The position numbers and the translations under genes are program-made. This document shows positions 10,046 to 18,514 of a DNA stretch of 64,000 bases, piece by piece (the first letter of the stretch is position 1; each line of letters begins with the position of its first letter). The notes below the pieces were generated by a model. It worked only from the letters and a program-made list of their open reading frames with translations. It searched no databases and had not been told where the DNA came from. The stretch is taken from the IMG/VR virus record IMGVR_UViG_3300028373_000196. One strand, 5' to 3'. Origin of the DNA: an uncultured virus (IMG/VR IMGVR_UViG_3300028373_000196) (lineage: Duplodnaviria; Heunggongvirae; Uroviricota; Caudoviricetes).

Positions 10046-13000
10046 TAGTAAATAAAGCCTCCGGTATTAGGTAATATGGTGCCAGTTGCACTTTGTATAC
10101 CAGTATTTGTTTTAGAAGCAGAGGTTACTACTGCTCCTTCTGATTTTAGGCGTTCTGCTGTGATCGAAGTGATAACCTCAACATCGTCAACAATTGCACT
10201 GCTTATAAAAATTTCATCTGATTCTAATTTAATTTCAAACAGACTTCCAAACGAGCTTGATGCATCTCGTGGCACTATTACAATGCTGCTCAGGTCTGGT
10301 GATAAATCTTTCATGATAAAGGCGCTTAATTCACTCCAATAAAATGTTTCTCCAAAGTCCCAGTTGTCGAGTGCAAAGAAATTATTAATTGCACTTATAA
10401 CACGAGACTTTAAGTCATTGTCGTTGACAACTCTTGTTGAATTCTTTACAATTTTAAATACTGCCTGCATAATAGGTTCACTTTTATTTCCAAATAAAAC
10501 TCTGTATTTTACTGGTTGATATATTATTTCGTCACTGATACTTTTAACCTTGTTAATTTCGCTACCGTAGCTTCTAAACAACTGATCGCTGCTAGGCGGC
10601 ATAGGACGGTCGGTTACTATATTATTTAAATATTGTCTAAATATAGTATCGTATTGTCTTGTGAGTATATATGTATCAATTATGTTTGTACTACTAGGAT
10701 CAATTCTGGTATTTTCGTCAGTGGCGTGATTGTACTGAAACTTCAGCGCTTCTCTACCAGTGTACGATTTATAATCAAACAATGTGGTTAATAGTCTTGT
10801 TTGGCTGTTTAACTGTCTAAAGATATTGTCGGCTGCAATGTAGTATATAGGATTGCCAATTGCTTGAGTGTTTACAAGGCTCGAATTGGAAACTGTTACA
10901 ATGTTTTCGTCAGACGAATTAACATATACTTCAAATTGGTTGTTGTTTATAACAACTTTCTTTGTAAAAATGTAGTTGTTCAAGTTGACGATTTGCTCAA
11001 AGATGTCAGGATCGTCTACTACGCCGTCATCATCGGAATCAAAGAACGTAACTTCGATTTTTTTACTGTCAACATATCCGCCTGCATCTCTGTATTCACC
11101 AGATACTTCCCATTCAAAATCTCGAGTAAATGCAGTAGTTCCAGGTGCTGTGTTTATGTCAGTGTTAATACTTAAAATAGAGATTTTATCTCTAATAATT
11201 TTTCCAGTTTTGCTGTCGTAGATTTTCTTGGCGCTGTCAAAATAAAATCTAACCTCGGTATCGCTTTCAAAGATATATCTAGTATTTCGATATGTAACGT
11301 CGTAAGTTGTACCATTTGTTTCAAACAATACAATCCAACTACTATCGAGCTGTTGTCCAGAAGTGTCGCCTGCTAATCCTAGATTGAAGTCTTGTACAAT
11401 ATTTAAATTTTCTTGTGTTACAACTGCCCATGCTCTGTTGTTTCTATCATATCTAAGTCCAAAAGTTCTGTATGCAAATGCGTTGTCGATAATTTGTAAT
11501 TTAACATTGTCTGTTAAATCTCTCACAAACTTGGGTTTGATTTCGTTTAATATAGACCGATCTGGAATAACATCGTTGAACACAATTGGACCAAGCCCAG
11601 AGTTTAGTATTTCTGTTCCATTGGCTGATACACTTATAACTTTTGACCACATATAGGATTTTGTTCCAGGAGCAGTTAAATCAGTTGTTAGTTTTTCGTT
11701 GAGAAACGCTGATCCAACTGGAGGAATAAACTTGACCATTGCACCGGGTTCAAAAAATCTAAGCGGACCTTCTGTAAAAGCACCAATAGCATAAATTATA
11801 CCATTGTCGTCATTGATTAGTCCAGTTGACCGATTGGTAGATGATGTTATGCTATTCCAAGAAAGATTTGATTCATTGTAGTTTTGATTAAAGTATTTTG
11901 TTAGATAGAAATTCTTAACATTTTTGTTCTGAAGTATATTTGTAATTGTGTTTTCGACTTCGCTCTCAATGTCTGTTCGTGTACGGAATTTAAAAGTTGT
12001 CTTGCTTTCGATATTTTCCTTGTACAGAACACCGTCTGTGCCAAAGAGATTTGTGTTACTATACTTTCCGGTAGCATCAAGAATGTCATAATTTCGACTA
12101 ATTCCGCTAGCAGTTCTGTTTACAGCTTTTACCTTGATTATATCTTGACTTATTCCAAGGGGCCCGACATTGTAATCTTCAGCAGTGATTAATCTATTTT
12201 GTGTGTAGTAAGTCGACGGTGCATTTGCTTTAATACTGTCAATAGTTTCGGTGCTAACAGCATTATTAACCGCTACTTTAAGATCAAGTGTAACAGTTAG
12301 GGTTTCGGGCTTGTTTGCATTGCTGAGATAAGGAATTCTAACAGTAACGTTTGTCATGTTAGGCGGAAGTATTGTATAATCGCTGTTTGAACTGATTCTG
12401 TAATACGACCTAAATTGTCCCTTTGGAAGATCGCCAAAAATGCCGTCTGCAAACACCAACGACACTCTATCACCAGTTCTTGTTAACACGCTGTAAATAC
12501 TTCTAATTTTTTTATTCAAACTGTTAAATACTACATTGTTGCCTTCAACTGCGTCAACTTTATCCCACAGCTTACCTTCACGTCCGTTGCTGTCGAGCTT
12601 GTAAAGCCATACATCTGTTTGATTGATGTTCTCGGCGTCTATGTCAACTTTCTGATTTGGCACAGCCGAGTCAATATTAAAGTCTCCTCTTTGCAGTGTA
12701 CCTTGTCTAAATTGTGCAAAAAATCCAGTGGTGTTGCTGCCAGGGCCCTGGCCGTTGTCTCTGTACAAGAAGCTAAATTGGCTACCCGGCAGAGGCGCTT
12801 CCTCTGCAATTTCTCCGTTTACAATTCCAGTACTTACGATTTCAAAATCCAAAGTTCTGCTGTTAACAGGCTTGGAAAATGTAAACACAGATACATTGTT
12901 TGAAATATTATTCAACCGATATTGTTCGGTTGCAACTCCGGCAACGCTGTCAGATTTTACAGGCGTTCCAAAAGTATTTTGCACAGGAAGTCCGGCATTT

Positions 13001-13479
13001 AAAATCTTAGTAAATTGCTCAAACCAATCTGGATTGGTTGTGTCATTCCAAACAACTGATCTATTTGAAAGGTTAAAACCGTTGCTGTCTATTACTTGTT
13101 CGGTTGTGCGAACGCTGGTAAATTTCAACAAGCCTTGTGCAGGACGGTTTCTTGTTGCGTTGTAACTCAAGAGATTTGCCAGGCGCAACACACTTTCTTT
13201 GCGCTCGGCTAATTCAATAAAATTTTCCCTGGCATTTAAATCAATGCGGAAACTGATATTTTGCCCAAGGAACGCAATCATATCAATTAGTGCAAGGTAC
13301 TCACTGGATTCGATATAATCATTAAAATCTTCTGGATAATTTTCACGAAGGTACTCTATCATTGTACGACGCAGATTGTCAAAGTCGTAACTTTTAAAAT
13401 CAGCATACTTGAAACTCTGATAGATTGTTTTCCAATCTTCAGCTAATAGTAATCTATTTTGTCTGTCAGTGGATGACAT
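10045..13479 (-). CDS. gp6: Baseplate wedge subunit, T4 gp6-like
   Basis: 1144 aa. N-terminal YDFDNLRRTMIEYLRENYPEDFNDYIESSE...FIELAERKESVLRLA and QNRLITAEDY motifs typical of gp6/gpJ-like wedge proteins; next to gp25. Confidence 0.85.
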   Translation of the reverse strand: MSSTDRQNRLLLAEDWKTIYQSFKYADFKSYDFDNLRRTMIEYLRENYPEDFNDYIESSEYLALIDMIAFLGQNISFRIDLNARENFIELAERKESVLRLANLLSYNATRNRPAQGLLKFTSVRTTEQVIDSNGFNLSNRSVVWNDTTNPDWFEQFTKILNAGLPVQNTFGTPVKSDSVAGVATEQYRLNNISNNVSVFTFSKPVNSRTLDFEIVSTGIVNGEIAEEAPLPGSQFSFLYRDNGQGPGSNTTGFFAQFRQGTLQRGDFNIDSAVPNQKVDIDAENINQTDVWLYKLDSNGREGKLWDKVDAVEGNNVVFNSLNKKIRSIYSVLTRTGDRVSLVFADGIFGDLPKGQFRSYYRISSNSDYTILPPNMTNVTVRIPYLSNANKPETLTVTLDLKVAVNNAVSTETIDSIKANAPSTYYTQNRLITAEDYNVGPLGISQDIIKVKAVNRTASGISRNYDILDATGKYSNTNLFGTDGVLYKENIESKTTFKFRTRTDIESEVENTITNILQNKNVKNFYLTKYFNQNYNESNLSWNSITSSTNRSTGLINDDNGIIYAIGAFTEGPLRFFEPGAMVKFIPPVGSAFLNEKLTTDLTAPGTKSYMWSKVISVSANGTEILNSGLGPIVFNDVIPDRSILNEIKPKFVRDLTDNVKLQIIDNAFAYRTFGLRYDRNNRAWAVVTQENLNIVQDFNLGLAGDTSGQQLDSSWIVLFETNGTTYDVTYRNTRYIFESDTEVRFYFDSAKKIYDSKTGKIIRDKISILSINTDINTAPGTTAFTRDFEWEVSGEYRDAGGYVDSKKIEVTFFDSDDDGVVDDPDIFEQIVNLNNYIFTKKVVINNNQFEVYVNSSDENIVTVSNSSLVNTQAIGNPIYYIAADNIFRQLNSQTRLLTTLFDYKSYTGREALKFQYNHATDENTRIDPSSTNIIDTYILTRQYDTIFRQYLNNIVTDRPMPPSSDQLFRSYGSEINKVKSISDEIIYQPVKYRVLFGNKSEPIMQAVFKIVKNSTRVVNDNDLKSRVISAINNFFALDNWDFGETFYWSELSAFIMKDLSPDLSSIVIVPRDASSSFGSLFEIKLESDEIFISSAIVDDVEVITSITAERLKSEGAVVTSASKTNTGIQSATGTILPNTGGFIY

Positions 13480-13530
13480 ATTGCACTTCCTTAATTATAT
13501 AATATTTATGATAATTTTAAAGTGCGTGTA

Positions 13531-13974
13531 TTAATTTAGACCGTTTCTTTGATCAAACGAAAACTTTAATTGTTCGCTAATACTGTACTCTAAATAGGTT
13601 AAATCGCATTCGATTTGAATACCATATTCGTAACTATCAACTGTAACCCTGTCTGCTTTGACTCTTTTATCGTAGTTGATAATTTCTGTAACGTTTTGAA
13701 TAATTGCGTCTCTTAACGAATCAGTAAGTGGTTCAAACAACACATCCCAAATAATTGTGCCAAACGCAGGATTTTCTAGTTTTTCTCCAAGTCTAATATG
13801 AAAATGGTTTATAAGATCTTGCTTGATTAGTGCCAAGTCATAAAGTTTAAATTCTTTGCTTTCAGGATTAACCGTAGAAATTCCTCTGTAAGTTCCGGCA
13901 GAAACTTTTGGATTTTCTCTTTTAGGAGGAACCACTCTTAGATTTTTATATAAATTTTTCTCTAATGAACTCAT
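13531..13974 (-). CDS. gp25: Baseplate wedge subunit, gp25/GPW family
   Basis: 147 aa, LIKQDLINHFHIRLGEKLENPAFGTIIWDVLFEP motif. Confidence 0.9.
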   Translation of the reverse strand: MSSLEKNLYKNLRVVPPKRENPKVSAGTYRGISTVNPESKEFKLYDLALIKQDLINHFHIRLGEKLENPAFGTIIWDVLFEPLTDSLRDAIIQNVTEIINYDKRVKADRVTVDSYEYGIQIECDLTYLEYSISEQLKFSFDQRNGLN

Positions 13975-13989
13975 ACTATATTTACCTCA

Positions 13990-15018
13990 TTACCTAGGAG
14001 CAGTGCGTGGACGAGTCGGGGCCGGTGATGTTGCACGATCTAATGCAGATTCAATACTTTCAATAAATTCAGCATCGGCAATAGTTTGAACAGTGATTGG
14101 TGCCGGCGGAGCAATTGGTCTAACATCACCCGGGGCTGCGCCCCGATACCCTGGAGCGATCGAAGTGTCATTTATAGATGATACTGCCCATTGTCGTCTA
14201 ACATGGGTTACTCTAAAAAGAGGATTGCTTACACTGTACGGCATTGTTGTTATTTTAACAGTGTCGGCTTGGTCGCCACCGACTATTTCCATTGTACGTT
14301 CAGCAGGATTAAAACTTTTAATAAATCCAACATGTTGAATATTTACATTACTGGTAAACACAACAATATCCCACTTTTGTACATATTCTAAATCTCGCGG
14401 ACCGTGGAATCTAACAGGAATGCCGTAACTGGAAAATGAACTTGGTGCCATGGTTCTAAGTCCGGAAAATCCCGACTTTACCAAAATCCATGTGGCAAAT
14501 GCTGCGCCCCACGAAAATTGTCCAGTTCCGCCATCTTCAGTAAATCCTCGTCCGGCAAATCGATATGCTTCTAATATATTTGGATTTCCAGGGTCGGCAT
14601 TTAGTGTTTTCCAGTCCATTCCAGTTAATGTTTTATTGATTACAAAATCAAGAGCTTCCCACGTTCCTGGAATAATTCCAGCACTTAGCATATCAGTGTC
14701 TGAACTCGGAGGGACTATATTAACTATGGATGAACTTCCAAATGTGCCGCCACTGGATCCTTCGGATCCCAGAGACTGACTACCGTTGTTGGCAAGATCT
14801 GGAACAATAAAGTTGCCAGGGGCAGTAGTTGTATTGAATATCGAAGACAAAGATTCTGCTATTGATCCAATAGCAGATAACCCTGCTACTAATCCGACCG
14901 CGTTGGTTACACCGGATATAAAATCCGGTCCAGAATTATCAACTGCCGAACTGTCTGCATCTAGTAATGTGCTGTCTGTGCTGTCTTCCAGTGGTGTAAT
15001 ATCAGCCAACTGATACAC
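13990..15018 (-). CDS. CHAP/NlpC-P60-like (TIGR02594-like) baseplate-associated protein with the catalytic Cys replaced by Gly
   Basis: NPNILEAY...WGAAFATWIL...WDIVVF...HVGF...GGDQ mirrors the WCAAF...HVGF...GGNQ pattern. Confidence 0.65.
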   Translation of the reverse strand: MYQLADITPLEDSTDSTLLDADSSAVDNSGPDFISGVTNAVGLVAGLSAIGSIAESLSSIFNTTTAPGNFIVPDLANNGSQSLGSEGSSGGTFGSSSIVNIVPPSSDTDMLSAGIIPGTWEALDFVINKTLTGMDWKTLNADPGNPNILEAYRFAGRGFTEDGGTGQFSWGAAFATWILVKSGFSGLRTMAPSSFSSYGIPVRFHGPRDLEYVQKWDIVVFTSNVNIQHVGFIKSFNPAERTMEIVGGDQADTVKITTMPYSVSNPLFRVTHVRRQWAVSSINDTSIAPGYRGAAPGDVRPIAPPAPITVQTIADAEFIESIESALDRATSPAPTRPRTAPR

Positions 15019-18000
15019 CCCTATTCAATGCAGCCATTACCCAACTATTGTTTCCGTTGCCGTATGTCCAAGACGTTATACGCCTATTCCATCCAGATGC
15101 GGTGTGGCCTCCAAGCATGTCGTAGTGATTGAGACCCGGTGCCATAGTGCTACCATTTCCGCCAATACCAACTCCGCGTCCGCCGTACCTTGCAAAGGCT
15201 GTTACAAATGCTTCCATTCTTGCTCTATCAGCTTGATTGGTCGGGACTAGCGCGCGCAATTGATCTCCGTCTAAAACCATCAAATAGGCGTCGATTGCTA
15301 GTCCAGTATCATGTCTTTCTGTGCCGTATCGCCAACCGGGGCCGCTGCTTGTACTACCGGTTCGAGTTTCAAATCTTCCAGTTGATCTATTAAGTTTTAA
15401 CCATACATCGTTAACCTCTCTTAGATCTGCATCAGGACCTGATGCCCTACTTGGGAAGGTGCGCCAGTTTGACAGAGGCAATTGGGTCGAAGTGTTGATT
15501 CTTCTAAGACATTCATTTGCAAAGCTTGTTCCTTTGATTTCATAAATTCCACTATCTCGGGCTGCTCTGTTAAGTGCAGATCGAAACTCGGGGCGAAGGG
15601 GCCCTCGTCTAATGCCTGCAGAACCTGTAATGATATCTTGCGAATTTGATGTTGTTGTTAAGTCGATAGTATCCGATTCGTTTCGTGGGCGAGCATTTGC
15701 AGCAGGATCGCTGCCGTCTTCTGTAAGTGGAGAAGACGAGATTTCAAGCGGATCAAATATAGGGGCTGTTCCTCTTCCACTTACAACAGCTCTGTATACT
15801 TCTTGAGCAGAACTTGCTCGTAGTTCCTTTACACCCTGAGTGCGGCCGCCGCCGATTGAAATTTGCGGATTGTTTGATCTTAGATAATCGTCATTGAATA
15901 TTTCTGCAACACGTCTTGCTTTTATTACATTGCTGCCGGAATTTATTTGGTTAATTGATTCCAGGGTCCTAGATTCGTCGTTTTCCCATTCCCAAATTAT
16001 AACCGAAAGCTGCTCTTCAAGAGTTGTGTTTGCAGGAACTACATACACAGGCGGAACCCAATCTAGCCTGGCAGTCGGCAGTCTATTGGATCTAATACGA
16101 TATTCTGGCAAAAACGGATCAGTTATGGGTTGTTGTAATAAAGATTTTCCTAAAAACTTTTCAACATTGGTTAATCTTCCATTTGTGCCGCCACCTCGCC
16201 ATTGGCAAATTCCTCTTGCGCCATACGAACTGCTGGTATTACCCGGAATTGGGTTACTACTCGATGGCAATTTGTCGTTTGGCGGTAAGTAGGCACCGAC
16301 ATTAATCTGTGTTCCCGATTCCCATATCAGCGCACCTGCAATACCTGCGCCGACCCATGTTTCAAATCCGTTGGCTTCGAAGTATTCTACTACTCGGCTG
16401 ACATTATTGTTGTACTGGTTAAAATTGTAGCCATCAAATGATTCTTCTTCTTGATCAGATTCCCCAAATCCCGGGTTAGGTGATTGACCAGTTGACTGGT
16501 AAGACACTGCTGACCCACTAGCATTGTTTCGTCCGATGTTTAAAAAAGTATCCGGCAGTGGCAAAATATACACTTCGGCGCCTGCGGAACCTGCTCGCAC
16601 ATTTGAAGCAGTTGGGTCCAAGTTTTCGTGCTGGAACCAAGGTTCGTGTTGAGGAACTCTTGCAGTAATGTCCGCTGCAGATGGCTCAGTTGGTGCTGGC
16701 CCATCTGTCTTTGATGCAGTTCCGGGAGGAACACTATCAGTCGCAGGTTCTGCGTCTCCGGGATCAGAAGCACTGTAGGTAGGTGCAACAGCCGCTGCTC
16801 CGCTTTTACTGTTATACTTGATAGCATTAAACTCACCAGCAGGGGCTTCTACGTTGCTGGTTTTTATGGTTCCTGTTATCGAAGAGTTGCCCTCGAAGTC
16901 AATACTACCAGACGATACACTTAAATTTGTGCTGCCAACTTCAAAATTGCCGCCAGATTTAAATGATATTCGGCCACCAGCAGATGATACAATTGCTGCG
17001 CTAGAAACTAGATCAATACTTCCTCCGCTAGCATAAAGGTTGCTGGCAGCATTTAAATGCACTGCTTCAGCAGAAACAACTCTCAGATTACTCGAATCAT
17101 GTATTTCGGGTGCAATCATTGCAACTTGTGTGCCAGCAGTAACATCAAAGTTACTCGAAGCCGACACTCTTACTGATCCTCCATCGGCAATCAAATTAAC
17201 GTCTGATCCGCTGTTTATTTCAACATTTGATCCTCCCGAAACGTTGACTGATGCTGCACCCGAAGTAAGTGCCAAATCGCTGCTGCTTTTGAGAGACATA
17301 TAATCACCTGCAAGCGCAGAGAACTCTGAACTTGCCTGAAATGCAACTCTGCCAGTTGCAATTGAATCAAGGTTTCTGCCCGTGTTCCTAATATCACCGA
17401 CTGCGTTTATGTTTACATTTCCTCCAGATGTTAAATTAATATTAGAATCTGCTGTTACGTTGAATTCTCCTTCGGTGTGCATACTAATACTGTCCTGCGC
17501 ATAAACATCAATTTTACCGTTTGAGGTAAGTTCAATCCATGTTGTGCCGCGTGCGTTTGCAATATAAATTAAATCTTCGGTATTGTGCAACAGTATCTGG
17601 TGCCCGGTTCTTGTTCTCAATCTAATTAATTCATTCGCTGGGCGAGTTTCGGCGCCAGGTGGTAGTGTGCTACTATCGGTTTCTCTTTCAATATACACAG
17701 GAGGACCTTCGTTAGCTGGTTGACTCCTTAATAATTTGTCGTCGCCATCATCCATAACAATGCTGGATCCGCCCAATCGGCTTCTAGGAACGTTTGCAGA
17801 TGCATCAAGAGGTCCGCGAGTTGCTCTAGGAGCGCCCGGGCGTTTGTCAAGAGGGCCAGGTGTGTTTATACCAAACACCGAACTAGGAATTTCTCGACGA
17901 GCAGACGAGCTTGTCAACCCTCTGAAATCGTCTTCTAACAGTCCTTCTTCGGTTAAACTGTTGACAAAGTCTGTGTTAACCGGCTTAACATAGTTTGTGG

Positions 18001-18505
18001 GCTGGTTGTTTCCTGCTAGAGGAATCAGGCGTTTGTTGTATTCACCAACTGGCAATTTTCTTCCAGTTGCTCCGCCGCTGCCACTAGTAGATAAGGTAGT
18101 TGCTGCACGGCCATCGGGCACCATAAAGTTCATGTAGTCATCGGGCACACAAGCAAACCAATAACAAATATCTCGTCTGCCTTCAACAAATGTCACCAGC
18201 ACCTTTGTGTCAGGATCCGGTGGCACAAACCACATTCCGTAACTTTGCTGTGTGCTAGAATAATCGTCGTTTGATCCTGTGGATTTCCAGCTAGTTGACC
18301 CATAAAATGGGCTTGCATAAAACGCAGTAACTAGTCTGTCAGTGTTGTCGTATGCTGTTCCAGAAGAATTTATTTTTAAAATTTGAACTTGTAAAGAACC
18401 CATAAATTTATTATCAAGATGACTAACAACTTTTGCCAGATATGGTCCCGAATCCGGCAACAGAATTGCAGAATCAATTGGTCTTGTGTTTTCGTTATTA
18501 CTCAT
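15002..18505 (-). CDS. gp5: Baseplate hub/spike protein (gp5/VgrG-like) with a tail-lysozyme domain and a C-terminal M15-like peptidase domain
   Basis: OB-fold-like N-terminus (SYGMWFVPPDPDTKVLVTF), RTRTGHQILL, beta-helix repeats, RVPQHEPWFQHEN; lysozyme-like AGIAGALIWES...GICQW...LEEQL; peptidase-like RHDTGLAID...GVGIG...HYD. Confidence 0.75.
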   Translation of the reverse strand: MSNNENTRPIDSAILLPDSGPYLAKVVSHLDNKFMGSLQVQILKINSSGTAYDNTDRLVTAFYASPFYGSTSWKSTGSNDDYSSTQQSYGMWFVPPDPDTKVLVTFVEGRRDICYWFACVPDDYMNFMVPDGRAATTLSTSGSGGATGRKLPVGEYNKRLIPLAGNNQPTNYVKPVNTDFVNSLTEEGLLEDDFRGLTSSSARREIPSSVFGINTPGPLDKRPGAPRATRGPLDASANVPRSRLGGSSIVMDDGDDKLLRSQPANEGPPVYIERETDSSTLPPGAETRPANELIRLRTRTGHQILLHNTEDLIYIANARGTTWIELTSNGKIDVYAQDSISMHTEGEFNVTADSNINLTSGGNVNINAVGDIRNTGRNLDSIATGRVAFQASSEFSALAGDYMSLKSSSDLALTSGAASVNVSGGSNVEINSGSDVNLIADGGSVRVSASSNFDVTAGTQVAMIAPEIHDSSNLRVVSAEAVHLNAASNLYASGGSIDLVSSAAIVSSAGGRISFKSGGNFEVGSTNLSVSSGSIDFEGNSSITGTIKTSNVEAPAGEFNAIKYNSKSGAAAVAPTYSASDPGDAEPATDSVPPGTASKTDGPAPTEPSAADITARVPQHEPWFQHENLDPTASNVRAGSAGAEVYILPLPDTFLNIGRNNASGSAVSYQSTGQSPNPGFGESDQEEESFDGYNFNQYNNNVSRVVEYFEANGFETWVGAGIAGALIWESGTQINVGAYLPPNDKLPSSSNPIPGNTSSSYGARGICQWRGGGTNGRLTNVEKFLGKSLLQQPITDPFLPEYRIRSNRLPTARLDWVPPVYVVPANTTLEEQLSVIIWEWENDESRTLESINQINSGSNVIKARRVAEIFNDDYLRSNNPQISIGGGRTQGVKELRASSAQEVYRAVVSGRGTAPIFDPLEISSSPLTEDGSDPAANARPRNESDTIDLTTTSNSQDIITGSAGIRRGPLRPEFRSALNRAARDSGIYEIKGTSFANECLRRINTSTQLPLSNWRTFPSRASGPDADLREVNDVWLKLNRSTGRFETRTGSTSSGPGWRYGTERHDTGLAIDAYLMVLDGDQLRALVPTNQADRARMEAFVTAFARYGGRGVGIGGNGSTMAPGLNHYDMLGGHTASGWNRRITSWTYGNGNNSWVMAALNRGVSVG

Positions 18506-18514
18506 CTTTGTTCC

